Counted from the first letter of the stretch, positions 1-20,150 are shown. The stretch is DNA of 64,000 nucleotides from Amoebidium appalachense (GCA_963693365.1 CAVNZM010000001.1:9006907-9070906); one strand, 5' to 3'. Translations and numbers: made by a program. The notes: generated by a model not told the origin, from the sequence alone.

Positions 1-18
1 TTTTTTTTTCCGGTGAGG

Positions 19-19
19 T

Positions 20-101
<82 letters not shown>
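19..101. repeat. poly(G) tract (~80 nt)
   Basis: Directly visible; the length may be inflated by sequencing. Confidence 0.9.
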
Positions 102-102
<1 letters not shown>

Positions 103-459
103 CGCAAAGACAACAGGAACGCAAAAAGGCGAGAATACGCGTTCATGATTGGCACGTGATCGTCAAGGGAAAAGAAGAGGTGGGCAAAAGAGGAATTCAA
201 GGGTTTCATTGGAGGGTGTGTCACAGCCAATGAACAAGAAAAAAGCATACATGTGGGACCCCCCAAACTCCCGTCTCTCTAGATTATACTGGATAGAGAT
301 CTATGGATAGGAGAGGTATGGTCAAGGGGGGGGGGGGGGGGGGGGCAGCACTGGCATGTTGCAACGTCGTTCAGGAATTTTAAACCATGATCAAAATCGA
401 TCAGCAATCACTTCACCCACTTCAGTAAACATACACAGGCACACACCCTTCCCTCACCT

Positions 460-833
<374 letters not shown>

Positions 834-2296
834 TAGGGCTCCCCATATATATGGAACATGCTCTCTAGATCTCTCTCCAGACCTCTTTCTCTAGAACTCT
901 CATGCGCTTACGAAGTTTAACACTCCCGCACACGTACAAACACTCAGCCACTCACACTCACACACACACACTCGGCGAACACGGGTATCTGTTCGTGTTT
1001 TCTGAATCAGAACTTAGTTACTGGGCGCTTTTATGTCCACGTGTATGTGTATGTGCGTTGTTTGGGGGGGGGGGGGGGGGGGGGGGGGAGAGGGGGGGAG
1101 GGGGGGAGGGGGGGAAGAGGGAGGGGAGGGGGAGGGGGGGGGGGGGGGTGCACATCGAGGCCCTTTACTGCCCAGAATTAAAGTTTCTTGCAGGTAACGA
1201 TGGGTTGCAAAACGCCACTGGCCAGGTTTGTCTAAGCAATCATTGACTACTCATGGATAAAGTCCGACACACTATTAGTGTGGTGTACAGTACGTAACAA
1301 CAAACATGTTTTCCGTTCGCGCCGCGGTCCACAGAGCGCTCTGCAACTGCAAGTTCAACCGTTAAACAACAAAACTTATGCTAAATTCTGATTGGTAATC
1401 CTAGAACCCAAATTTGGCGTTATTCTGTTGGGAGGCCAATGAACGCACGTCGTGAACTGAACCAATCAAACGGTGGCACTTTGAAAGTAAACTCTGCGCC
1501 GCTGCTAGCGGGTATTTCTGCAATACCCAAACCACAAATATGTTTTAGCTGCAAAAATAGTGTACCTATAAATAATCTTTCTTTTATAATGCAACGAATA
1601 AGTGCATCTTGTAAGTACATATTTGTGCGCTGGACATTTCTGGTTACCATTTTGAATTTAGCCTCGCATTCCTCAGCAGTTGTGTAACAGTCAAGCAACC
1701 AATTAAATTACGGCTTGCTGGAAGCATGCAAATGCTTTTATAGAATGCATATGGGGGATGGAGCAGAAGGTTCCTTGTTCTATAAATGCATTAAAACATG
1801 CTTTCAGAGCCACATCAAAATTTTCGACCTAGAATAAAACATAAAAAGCCTTACCTAATATCAAGACGTCCAGTTTTAATTTGTTTTCATAATTATATTC
1901 ACAAAATATCACTCACGTAGCCAAATTCCTTGATGCTGAAATATTTTGCACCCCCTCATTGCCTGCGCTCGCGTACATCAAAAACACAACTCCGCACCAG
2001 AGCCAGTTCAGTTTACGCTTTCGAGTGTCTCATACACAGCGAATACAACACGCACAAAACCCGAACGCAGCTTTCAAAAAGCTACCTACTTTTCTTTGCT
2101 TTACCCGTCCTTATTTCCATCTCTCTCACTAAGTCGATCCAACTGAAGCGATCAACACACAAACACAACCCGACGCACTACTGCCAAGACGTGTGTTCAA
2201 GCTACATGTGCAACTTACAATCCTAAGCGAAGATCTCTTTTATCTTGCACGTCGACATTTCTCACACCACACTCTAATAGAAAAGAACAACCAAAA

Positions 2297-3238
2297 ATGA
2301 AGTCTTTGTTTGTCCTCTCTCTCGCTGCTTTTGCAGCCGCTCTCCCCTCAGGACACGTCTCTTCTGACACCGTCGACGGGGGGGAGGAAGCCGCCAACCA
2401 CCACATCGAACGGAGGTGGGGTGAAAGCCGTGAGGCGGTCACCTGTTCCTTCTGGAAATGGAGCAACGCCGAGGTCCTTGGTGTTGGTTGTCGTTGGGTC
2501 TACAACAAGAGTTGCTGGTTGAACGAAAACGGCGAAGACTCATCCGCGAGCGGCTACTGCAACAGACAGACATGCTGCGCCCCTTACCCACCAACGGAGG
2601 GTCCCGTCAAGGACGTTTTCCGGTACACGTGCGCACGGTATTTGGCCGAGTCTGGCACCGAGTGTATGGGCCAGCTTGTCTCCGACGCAAATTACGTGCT
2701 GACAATGCACAATTGCAGCTGGGGGACCACCCAGTTCGTCAACTATGGTCTTCCCGTGTGCTCGGAGGATTTCTGCTGCCAGTGGGTTGTTATCCCTTAC
2801 TACATCACCGGCGAGAACAGCAACCCCGACTTTAATCCCAACCCGAATAAGCAGCCGCTGCCGAACTCCCCTCACTCCGTCGACGAGAGCGTGAAGAAGG
2901 CCGGAGAGGTTGCCATTTTGGAAGAGAATTATCTCCTCACCCAGCCGGGTAACTGGCGCAGTCTTCAGAAACCGGGTACCGTCCCCCCGCCTACGATTGG
3001 TGGGACTCGTCCTGTCCCCCCTGCCCCCCAGACTCCCCAGGATACGTTTGGTCCGAGTAACGCCGAAGCTGTGCAGCTGCCTCCCCTTAACTCTACGGCA
3101 GCCGGGGCTAGGGTGGCGGCCAGGGGCATGAGCTTGGATGGGGACGAGCAGGTGACTGATCAGGCGGCGGCGGTGGCGGATGTGGTTTCGGATGGGGCGG
3201 TCCATTACGGTGCCATGGCGGGAAAATACGACCAATGA
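2297..3238 (+). CDS. Secreted Cys-rich protein, 313 aa, intronless: signal peptide, propeptide ending in ERR, two 6-Cys modules, Pro-rich linker, acidic tail
   Basis: Long non-repetitive ORF with C/G-ending codon bias; A-rich context caaaaATG; N-terminus MKSLFVLSLAAFAAA-LPS is a typical signal peptide; no family recognised. Confidence 0.85.
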   Translation: MKSLFVLSLAAFAAALPSGHVSSDTVDGGEEAANHHIERRWGESREAVTCSFWKWSNAEVLGVGCRWVYNKSCWLNENGEDSSASGYCNRQTCCAPYPPTEGPVKDVFRYTCARYLAESGTECMGQLVSDANYVLTMHNCSWGTTQFVNYGLPVCSEDFCCQWVVIPYYITGENSNPDFNPNPNKQPLPNSPHSVDESVKKAGEVAILEENYLLTQPGNWRSLQKPGTVPPPTIGGTRPVPPAPQTPQDTFGPSNAEAVQLPPLNSTAAGARVAARGMSLDGDEQVTDQAAAVADVVSDGAVHYGAMAGKYDQ

Positions 3239-3772
3239 TTGGTCGGACGTGGTGGGGGTTCTTGCAATTTTGATTGCGGTTAATTAGAAATGAAGAGTTT
3301 TTCCCCACCTTTTTCATCTGCTTGGTGTTTGCATATGCTACTGTGTAGCAAAATAGTTTTACGGATTTTTAGTGCCTGCTGAAAGAGCCAAACGCAACAA
3401 TCTCAAAAACGAAAAAAGTAGAGGGAAAAAAGAGAGAAAAAGAGGGAAAGGTATCAAGAAAGAAAAGAAGGTCCAACCATTGTGAGCTAGAAATTTTTCA
3501 CAGCGGGGCTCTTCTTGTTTTATGCAGGCTGGTACTTGCACTTTTCATGAGCAAAGCATTCTAGGTGATACGAGTCTTAACCCGGCTCATTCAACATCAT
3601 AGCATTTTAGGAACCATTTTTGGAGTTAGCCCAACACATATTTTGAAGCCAACTGAGAATGTGCACGTTTCTGTGAACGGCGTTGTCTTTAGAAAAAAAC
3701 AAAACGGAAACCTGAAAAGACTGCTTTGAAGGCTGTGGTGTAGCACGTTACTGCTGTTGCAACAGCAACCAT

Positions 3773-3816
<44 letters not shown>

Positions 3817-3974
3817 TGTGTTTGTATTTCTGTGTGCAATGTGTGTTGTGTGTGTGGGGCGGAGAGGGGGGTGGGGGGGGAGAATAGCCGTCAGAAATGA
3901 ATTAAAACTCCTTTTCTTTTCCAAGAGGTTTCTGGCCGTACGCGTGGTGATGGCGTGTGTATGGAGGGGGGGAA

Positions 3975-4012
<38 letters not shown>

Positions 4013-4353
4013 ATGCCCGTCAGAGTTTGAGGGTGGGTGGGTGGGTGGGTGGGTGGGTGGGGGGGGGGGGGGGGGGGGGGGGGGGGTATACGCGTCAGAA
4101 AAGGTAACGTGTTTCTCAAGAGGTGATGGTGGTGATGTGTATGTGGTGGTGAGGTGGAGGGGTGGGGGGGCAGAAGGGTGGGAAGCTGGGTGGGGGAGGG
4201 GAGGAGGAACTGAAGGGGAGAGCTAGCACGAGCACAAACTGGGAGGATTGCGAGACCATATGCATGAGCCTTTAGCTGAGCGGTGCCGAGGAGGAATTAA
4301 AGGAGACCAGTAAACACATACAGATCCCCCCCCCCCCCCCCCCCCCCTTATCC

Positions 4354-4428
<75 letters not shown>

Positions 4429-4784
4429 GGAAAGAAAGAAAGAAAGAAAAGGGAAAAAAAATTAAATGAAAAAATATGGAAAAAATCTCTCTCCTGAGAG
4501 AGGAAAACGAGAAGGAAAACCACTGGCCATGGATGCCCGTTTATTGCTTGTAGTTTCCCGAAAACTTTAAAGGATAAAGGCGAATGCATTTGGCTGTGGC
4601 TGTGGTTGCGGTGCGTGTGCGTTTGTGGTGCACGTGATGGTAGTGATGGCGCCGGGTGGTGTACACGTGTGTGTGGGGTGGGCCTGGGTGGGTGGGAGTG
4701 GTAGGTGGGTAGGTGGGTGTTTGTGGGGGGGCAGGGGGAGGATGGGTGAGGGGGGGAGGGGGGGGGGGGGGGGGGGGAAGGGGC

Positions 4785-4830
<46 letters not shown>

Positions 4831-5068
4831 GTTTCTGCTCTATTGGAAAACATCTAGGGGAATTTGGGGAGCGCGTCTGCGTGTGTGGACAGAAGAATGC
4901 TTCTACTGGAGATTTGGGCAGGAACGAGTCTCAAGGCTCCATGGTGCACTGCAGGTGCTATGGGCCACTGGCAGGCATGATGACAAGAGTGATCACCTGT
5001 GGTGGTACGTGCACATGCATTATTAGTGGTGGCCGGTTAAAAACGTTAACTATACTGTGCCTGTATGT

Positions 5069-5148
<80 letters not shown>

Positions 5149-6308
5149 ACGTGTGTGTGTGTGTGTGTGTGTATGTGTGTGTTTGGGGGGGGGGGGGGGG
5201 TGGGGGGTGGGGCTAGGGGGGAAGGGAGGGGAGGAGGGAGGTAAATTACTCTCGTATCACTGCCTGAGCTTTTCTTTAATGTATTCACTTGAAGAAGGCC
5301 AATCATATAGACGAAGCCTCGCCCGATGTCCCTACCGGTAGTACTAGTAACGCCAAGGTACTAGCCCTGTATTTGTTTATTGATTCAAACCCGACTTAGG
5401 ATACGGCTAGAACTGTTTTTTTTTCTTTTCTTTCCCTTTTTTTTTTTTGTGTTGTGGGTGGGTGGGGGTGGGGTTGGGTAGGTGGGTGGGTGGGTGGGTG
5501 GGGGGGGGGGGGAGGAAGGCCCTGAGGTGGGTGGGTGGGTGCACGTGGGTTGGGGGGGGGGGGGGGGGGGGGGGGAGGGAGGGGGGCGGGCGGGTAAGGG
5601 GGGAGAGGGGGATGGATTAGGAAAGGCATATTCAGCCCCGGCACGAACAACGAGTACTTCATATGTGTATGTATTCACTTCTAATTGACCAGTTACTGTA
5701 CACCTTGCTTCCAAACTGCCGCCTATTTTGAAAGGCTTCTACGTTCAGAGCAAGCAACCAAATTAAAAAAAGCGTGCTGTGAGTTTACGTATAAACGTAA
5801 TGACATCTCTAAGTCACAGCCACATAAATTCCAATAAACATTTATCAACTGCGCAACCGATGTTAATAAATAAAGTAATTCTTCCCTAACGATAACCCGG
5901 AATATTGCATTCTATCTTAATCAACACCCCTACATCTTATGGGAAGCAGCAACAACTTTCTTTTAGTAATCTTCCCAGTTGTTTTGTTGGCCCTTCCTGG
6001 ACCTAACTCAACTACTGTCTTCCCCCTCCTTTTTGTCTCATCTTCCTGATTCAGTGTCTGTTTCGAGGATAAATGGCTCGAGGATATCCAGCAGCAGATG
6101 AAAGTGTTCTGCACGTGCGAATTTTATACTTTTGACCGTGACGATTATTCGAAGATGAATGGTTCGAGGATAGCCGGCAGCCGGTGAATCTTGAAACATA
6201 CTGCATGTGCGGTTTCTGTAAGGGTGGGTATTAGGTTCAATCAGTGGAACGCCGTGTACTAGCGTAAGATGTGTGCCAGGTTCAATGAGTGGAGCATCGT
6301 GCACCAGT

Positions 6309-12312
<6,004 letters not shown>

Positions 12313-12638
12313 ACTTGCAACTTAATTCTCATCGGCACCCCTTACACTCAATTCACTTTTGATTGGATGATAAAAGAAAAAAAACTACGACACAAAAAGA
12401 CCGCCAGCCCTTTACAAAAACAAGCAAAGGACGTGTATGTGACGTACTTGCATTCGATGCCGTTTACAAACACGTGTACACATGTACAAATGCCCCCTCG
12501 TTTTCCCTACTAGCGGCCCGTTTCTGCAGGCACGTGTACCGTGTTGTGTCACCTGATGCACGTAGGCTGTCAAATGGGCCGTCGTAACACTGGCAAGTGT
12601 GTGCCGTCTGCAGGAGGACGCTGGGCAAGGTGGACGGA

Positions 12639-12700
12639 TTTTGGCGCCAAGTTGTAGCCAATCAGAGCCCAGCCCCGGAGGATCGGATGATTCGGATCCT
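12639..12700. promoter_or_regulatory. Putative promoter module of F-box paralogue 1: E2F-like TTTGGCGC + CCAAT box + TTCGGATCC
   Basis: Same motif order and near-identical spacing upstream of paralogue 2 (18536-18594) while the intervening bases diverge. Confidence 0.45.
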
Positions 12701-12791
12701 CTCCCCCCTTCTGGGACTCCTTCCCCCATCACACACACACTTTTGACACACACACACGCACACACACACACACACACATACACACACACGT

Positions 12792-12838
<47 letters not shown>

Positions 12839-13781
12839 ACACTGTACACACACACACACACACAAGGAAAAAATGAAAGAAGGCGAAGAAGAACAAGGAA
12901 GGAAACAAACAGGGGAAACTGAAGAGCGTGGAATGTCTCTAGTTCTTCAAGAATTTCTGGAGGTGTGCTCGCTCAACACGTGTTTTTCTTTTTCTTCTTA
13001 TTTGTAAGTATTTGTGTGTGTGTCATGATGCATGTGTGGGAGGAGAAGGTGTGTCTGTCTGTGTGTGTGTCCGTGTGTGTGTTGGGGGGGGGGGGGGGGG
13101 GAGAAGGTTTTTTTTTCTTCTTTTTCCCCCTCCTGCCGCCGGATGGACCGTTAAGCTAGGCCCCAGGCTTAGGAGCTTTGAAATTGCTACTGAATACCAA
13201 CGGTACATGAAAACGGTTTTACATTCGTTTCATGTAACAGTTGAAAAATCGATCCAAAATGCAGATTCGCGTGCATGTGTGCTCATATACCCGGTATTAG
13301 AAAAGTTCCGTGATCACACATGGACGCAGGTGTAAGTATACACGCACCCTACGGGCAAGCACACCCACTGGTGCAGTAGTGTGTGATCAACTTTTACTCA
13401 CTGCATAACCATGTGATAATTATTTTTTCTAATCACACAAAAAAAGACGAAAGGCATGCCGGTAATATCACTAACTACTGACTATTCATAGTAGTAAACA
13501 AGATTTCATACATTCGACGACCAACCGAAAAAGAAGCACTAAAAACCATTGCAAAGGCACCACAAAACCCCGAGGCAGGTTCCAACTAGGAAACTAATCT
13601 GACCGGGGATCTCTACAACATCAATATTTTTATTAAATTTTCTCCGCCGCAACTCCACACATGCAATCATAATTACTACGTCAAAAGTTTCACTAATATG
13701 CATATCATCAGAAGCTATGTACATACTGATAGGGGGGGGAGGGGGGGGAGGGGGGGGAGGGGGAGGGGAGGGCAGGTGGTG

Positions 13782-13854
<73 letters not shown>

Positions 13855-13855
13855 T

Positions 13856-13891
<36 letters not shown>

Positions 13892-14069
13892 GTGTGTACG
13901 TGCACGTGCGTGCGTGCATGCGTGCGTGTGTGTGTATTTGGGGGGGGGGGGGGGGGGGGGGAGGGACCCTAGGGGAGTTGAGGGAGGAGGGGGGGAGGAG
14001 AGGGGGAGGGTCGTAAAGTAACTAGAGTGCTTGCTGTCAACACAACTGCTTGCGTAATAACGTGAAGTA

Positions 14070-14429
14070 GCTAGCACTCATACTGACCCAATGACGTCAC
14101 TGAGTGCAAGGTTCTTGGGCCCCCTCGACAGACCTGCGCTCTGTGGGAACGTGTGTGAGTGAGTGAATGAGTGAGTGAGTGAGCAAGTGAGTGAGCAAGT
14201 GAGTGAGCAAGTGAGTGAGTGAGTGAGTAAGTGAGTGAGTGAGTGAGTGAGTGAGTGAGCAAGTGAGTGAGTGAGTGAGTGAGCAAGTGAGTGAGCAAGT
14301 GAGTGAGCAAGTGAGTGAGTGAGTGAGTGAGTGAGTGAGTGAGTGAGTGAGTGATTGAGTGAGTGAGTGGGTGGGTGGGTGGGTGGGTGGGTGGGTGAGT
14401 GAGTGAAAGAGTGAGTGAGTGAGTGAGTG

Positions 14430-14512
<83 letters not shown>

Positions 14513-14875
14513 GTGCGTGTGTGTATGCAAGTATGCACACATGGGCGACGACATGTTGGCACGAAGGCATTATTGTGTGTATGACCGTCCACGATTGAGC
14601 AAAACAAACAATCCTTAGATAGAGCCCTATTGTCAGTCTGACACAAAAACTCAAATTGGGGCACTACTAAGGATAAGTGTTTCACATTCTTATACGTGTT
14701 AGAAAGGCATGTGGCCCACCTCCCCTTTTCACCTCCCATGTTTGCCTCGAGCACAAATCGTTGATCCTCCTGTAATACCCCCCCCCCCTCCCCCCCCCTC
14801 CCCGGCCCCTCTTCCCCCCCACGGGCACCCTCATCCCCCCCTCCCCCCACCCCTAATCCCCACCCGTAATCCCAG

Positions 14876-14926
<51 letters not shown>

Positions 14927-15197
14927 AAAACAATCACCACAACCACAAAAAAATCACCGCAACCAATATCATAAAAAGAACATACAACATCCTTGCGGCA
15001 TTACATAGCGTATATGTGCAAACTCCTAACATCTACATAATGTTTCCAACCCATGACCCCTCCTTAGCATAACCTTCCCTGACCCACTCTTCTTCACCTA
15101 CCAGAATCTGCGATACCCCCCTATCCCCCCCCCCTCCCCCCCCCCACACACACCCCCCTATCACCCCCCCCCCCCCCCCTCCCTCTCCCAAACAAAC

Positions 15198-15240
<43 letters not shown>

Positions 15241-17742
15241 ACCCCACACACACCACCCCACACACACATCCCTACCGGTATACCACCCACCCCTACTCGG
15301 CTTCTGTCTGTACACTAAAGTTCCCGATACAGCAACCCAAAACAAAGTAAAGCGAATGGATTTTATACATGGCCCCACGTAAACCGGGATCATGACAGCT
15401 CTCGGGACCAATCAGAAGGCTCTTACCTGCCCCTGTTTGAAGCCACTCGTAGACCGATGACCCCTCAGGAACACTGGGCAGATTCGCGATGATGTCGAAA
15501 TCCTCTTTGGGTGGGAGCGGCCACGCTATCAGAGCCAAAATGTCCGTAAGCGCAGGGCAATCATTAATCCCTACAAATATCAACCGTGTTTCCCGTCGAT
15601 CCAGATCTTTGGGAATTTTCCCGAGCGTCATGATGTTGGCATCGACTAATTGCAGAACGCACAATATTGGGTAATCGGCGAGCGACAGCTGGATAACGGG
15701 CTGACTCAGAACGTCTTTTTCACCCCCAAAGAGCATTATGAATTCAATTCTAGGACTAGTAATCTCGATCGCATCGCCGACAAAACCTTTACCGCTCGAA
15801 ACATTACAATACTCCAAAATGCTACACACCGACACATTTGAAAATGTCTACTGTTCCATTGGGGCAGTTTACTTTGAGATAATCAAGCGTAGGGATAGGC
15901 AGAAGAAGAAAATCACCGCACTCAAAATCGATATACCTTAAGACCGGAAACTGCGACAGGCACGAAAAATCAAGCGCCAAGCCCCCCGAAGCATGTAATT
16001 GGTTATCCTCTTTCAACACGTGGATATACAAATCAGTGAGGGTGGAGAAGATATACCGGTGGATAACCGAGAGTGTGTCCCAAATTTTCGATCTTGCTTG
16101 GTTCCATTTATCGTGGCCGATTTCCGCCCGATAAACCTCCACAAATAGTGCATGCTCAAACAGTGTCGGAAAAAAAGGCCCGAACACGTCGCGCACATAA
16201 ATCTCTTGCAGACTACCTCTATTGTAACTACACGCCATTCTGCCTTGTGTGTTCAAACATTCTTGTGGCTCAGAACAGAGCCCATCCGCAAACTTGACGC
16301 CCGATATGCCAAGACTTTCCACATTTAGACAGTGTTCCCACGCCATGAGAACATACTCGCCGGTGTAGTCTGAGGGCATAAGGTCCCATGTTTGCTCACC
16401 CTGGGGAAGCGAAAACTTCAACTCCAGAATCTCAATTATCTTGCCAACGGTCTCGAAAAAGAAATCGAAGCTCGCTTTTGCACGGTCGGAATGCAGTCCG
16501 AATTTACTCTCCACACCAAGCCTGGCTGATAGCGTTGTGCGGCATGAGCGTAAAGCGCAAATCTCTTGAAATTTGGAAGTTTGCACGTGGCGAGGTATGT
16601 GGCCAAGGGTTGTAACAAAGATGTCGTACGTGCGCAGACATTCATCATCCTGGTCGCGTAAAGTCGATTTCGATCCCGGCCAGGACAGGGTCCCAGTGAA
16701 ATAAAAATAAAAGAACACAGCTCCAGAATTTGCGCCGTGCGATCTTGGCGGGCCCGAATCTTATGGTGACGTCGCTTGCCTGTTGGTTGGTGGAAACTGA
16801 GCGAAGGCGGCGACATGTTGACGATAGGGCAATTCGATCGTAGAGGCCCAGGTACTGGGTTATTGCACACAGTATCTCCGGGGGAAGAGCCGATAGGAAA
16901 CTGGCATCTGCAGTGATGGAATGAGGAATGTGTGAGTTCAGGGGGGGGAAGGGGGGACGGGGTCTGGGGGAAAGGGGGAGGGGGGATCTTGGGGGGGGGG
17001 GGGGGGGGGGGTGAGTGTGGAGGGGTGAGGTGGTGTCGGTGGGCAGCGGTTGTGGTGGCTGTGTACTTTCTGTAGGTATGGGGAGGGAGGGAGAGGGGGG
17101 TGGGAACGAGGGATGGAAGAGGAGGGCAAAAGTTCGAGGGGCAGATACAATGTTGCAAAATGTGAGGGTTGGAGCCATAGGCAGGCACGAGGAATGTCCG
17201 GATGAAGGGCTGGGCGGGGAAGCGAGGAGGGGCCCCCAGGCAAGGGGATTTTCTTAGGGGGGGTGGAGGGGGGAGGGGGTGGGAAGAGGCGGGGTTGGGT
17301 AGGGTAAAGTCAGACAGTTGAATGTTAGAAGAAGGGGGGGGGGGGGGGGGGGGGGGGAGGAGGGAGAACGCCCCCGGCGGGAGAAGGGGAGGGGGGAGGG
17401 GGAGAGGAGAGGGGAGGGGGGGGGGGGGGGGGGGATGTTTTAGTTGCACATTAGCAGGTGAGCATATAAGACGGCAGACAGGATGAGTCGGGTGTCATAA
17501 AAAGGATATTGGTGCAACCACCTTAGAGCCACTTGCAAAACAGTGCATGGGCAGCCCGTTTGGCATGTGTATGCATGTCTTGGGTGAATAATTGTGCGGG
17601 GCTCGGCAAAGGGAGAGGACGGGCGGGAGTGAGGAGAGAAAATAACAGAGAGGCCACTGGAGATGGGTTGTGTTGGGGTAGGGGCGGAAACCGGTGGAGA
17701 GAAGGGGGGGGGGGGGGGGGGGGGGGAGGGGGGGGGGCCAGG

Positions 17743-17774
<32 letters not shown>

Positions 17775-18316
17775 AGGGCAGGAAGGAAGTGCGGTACCCA
17801 GACACGGAGGGAGACACCTAAACAGTGGGAAAAGTAAACCCGTCACTCACACACCCACACTACTATTTCTTCACAACTTCACAATGGGATATATACACAC
17901 ACACACACACGCACGCGCATGCGCACGCACGCACCCACCCCTGCACGCAAACGCACACACACACACTGCATGTCACCTCTTTCCAGAACCTCCCCCCCCC
18001 CTCCCCCCGCCCCCTTACCCTTCCTCCTCCCCCCTCCCCCTCACACATACACACACACACGCACACACACACAAATACGCTTACAAACCCACACAACTTT
18101 TCTTGCACAAAAAAAAAAAACACACTCACTCACACACACGGGCAAGCGGACCCTCACACGAGGCCTCTGGTTGAACCAAAAAAAAAAAAGCCCATGATAA
18201 ATCGTTTTCAAGCACAAAAACCAAACAACGTATCAACAGTGGTTCTTCTTCCCACCTGGATGGTTGTCGCCTGCAGCCGAAGTCGACCCGTCAGGCCTAC
18301 TCTCAATCGCCTCCAT
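14070..18316 (-). pseudogene. F-box/LRR-like paralogue 2, multiply frameshifted. Exons 18256-18316, ~15368-16907, ~14075-14140
   Basis: F-box ASFLSALPPEILCAITQYLGLYDRIALSSTCRRLRSV. Exon 1 MEAIESRPDGSTSAAGDNHP G|GTGGG is phase 1. Homology to paralogue 1 is split over ORFs 16645-17178, 15822-16718, 16436-17449 and 15293-15835, with indels near 16660, 16605, 16530, 15842 and 15410. Confidence 0.7.
14155..14430. repeat. (TGAG)n / (TGGG)n tetranucleotide microsatellite followed by (TG)n
   Basis: Directly visible. Confidence 0.9.
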
Positions 18317-18535
18317 CACTCCCGTTTCAGAAACATGTCGAATCCCCTGCACTCGCCCAAATTGAAAGGTTGACAGGTAGAACGCTAGGAAAGGAGTATC
18401 TTGCTAGCCCTTCGGATGAACAAGGGATGTTCGTGTATGTTCGCGAATTGCAGCTGTTTACCTACTCCGACGTGTGTCTGCCAGCTGCAGCTCTGCCTGC
18501 CTCTGCGCTTTTAGTGGATACCCGAGGTTTGCAAA

Positions 18536-18594
18536 TTGGCGTGAAAAAAAAGCCAATCAGAGCTAAGATTTTCAAAAAGTCAAGGTTCGAATCC
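18536..18594. promoter_or_regulatory. Putative promoter module of F-box paralogue 2: TTGGCGTGAAA + AGCCAATCAGAGC + TTCGAATCC
   Basis: Homologous to 12639-12700; about 220 bp upstream of the ATG. Confidence 0.45.
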
Positions 18595-18822
18595 GAGAGT
18601 CCCCGTTTTTTTTTGTTTTTTTTTGGGAGGGCTCCATAGTTCGAAGTTGCCCACACGCCGGCACACGGCCTCCCTCATTTTCCACGTGTTACCTGGAATG
18701 AATGTCTTCCAACCGTTCCGTGGGTGCTGCTGGCCCAACCCGTGTGAAAGCCGGCGTATACACACGTATCGGGCTGCTCTGGCCCACGGTTAAATACATG
18801 CATAAGGCCCGGCGCCTTCATC

Positions 18823-18853
<31 letters not shown>

Positions 18854-19432
18854 GCACACCCACCCACCCAAAACCACCACCGCCACCTACACCAGAATAT
18901 TGGAGACACCCATGCGCACAGGTATTGCTGTATCAGATTCTACGTAGTACTGGTAGAGTATACGTGTGATGATGCACACATTTGATGATGGTACAAACGA
19001 ACTGAGAGCGCAAAAAAGATCTAGAGCAGTCCCTGTGACAAAGGTGGCAGCGACCGTAATCATGGGTGTGTGTGTGTGTGTGTGTGTGTGGCTGCATGTA
19101 AACGTATCTAGAAACGAATGAAAACGTAGGCATAAACTGAATTCTAAGATTAAAAGTATTAGGTACATGTGTATTTCCTTCGAAATTTGTGAAACCGGGT
19201 GTACGGTGATGCCTCCCCCTGGGGGAAGGGGGGGGGGGGGACAGGTCAAGCCATCTCCATCGGACACGTACATTAGTGCTATACGGCTTCAAGAGACTTT
19301 ATTGATAGATTATGGAAGACGAATTCGAACAACACCGGGAACTTAGCATATCCAGTGCGCTCCGAACTAACGGCATAATGGGTCTCCACAGACGGTGGCG
19401 GTATGGGTGGGTGGGTGGGTGGGTGGTGGTTT

Positions 19433-19470
<38 letters not shown>

Positions 19471-19586
19471 TTGGTTATAGCTATAGGGAAAAAGAGTGTG
19501 GGCCTACCATCTCGTTTTGAAGAAAAGGACACCACAAAAAAGACGGGAGTCAGCCCCTCCGTGCCTGGGAAAAGGGGATTGTGGGG

Positions 19587-19638
<52 letters not shown>

Positions 19639-19837
19639 GTAGGGGGGGGGGGGGGGGGGGGAGGGGGTACAAGAATGTGTAGCTTAGTAAAGCACAACGA
19701 TCACACACCTCACATTAGTGTGCACAAAGGCTCAAGATTCGCAAAAAACATACAGGGCATGCAATGCCAGCCCTCCCTGGTGGTGGTGGTGGCGGTGTCG
19801 TGTGTGTATGTACACGGGTGTGTGTGTGAAGAGGGAG

Positions 19838-19872
<35 letters not shown>

Positions 19873-20020
19873 CTCACGACCTAAAACACAGTGCAGATAT
19901 TGCATAGCACACACAAAGGGCAGACATCATATGCAGAACAGACCTTTAGGGGGTCAGGGTGGGCCCAAAGACGCGGCCCTGGGGAGAGTATAGGCTAGGC
20001 TGGAGGTGGGGTGGGGGGGT

Positions 20021-20150
20021 GGGTCGAATGAGGAACACGGCACGAAGAATAATGAGAAACACGGTACAGGACCCATGCAAAAGCAAACAGTCAAGTGTGA
20101 AACATCAGGAACACGCAGTATGCAAGAGAAGTAGAGCCCATCCCCAAGGC
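20021..20150 (-). mobile_element. Diverged copy of the poly(C)-anchored repeat (subfamily B-like)
   Basis: gggtcgaatgaggaacac...catgcaaaagcaaacag...cagtatgc...agagcccatcc aligns by eye with 21405-21540. Confidence 0.6.

Noticed and set aside
6038-6304. 88-aa minus-strand ORF with a PLIEP(G/N)TH repeat
   Set aside because: No ATG start, in-frame stop upstream, and it lies past the predicted F-box stop; probably 3'UTR or a relic.
18545-18605. tRNA suggested by GGTTCGAATCC
   Set aside because: No T-stem beyond 2 bp, no acceptor stem and no A-box at the proper distance.
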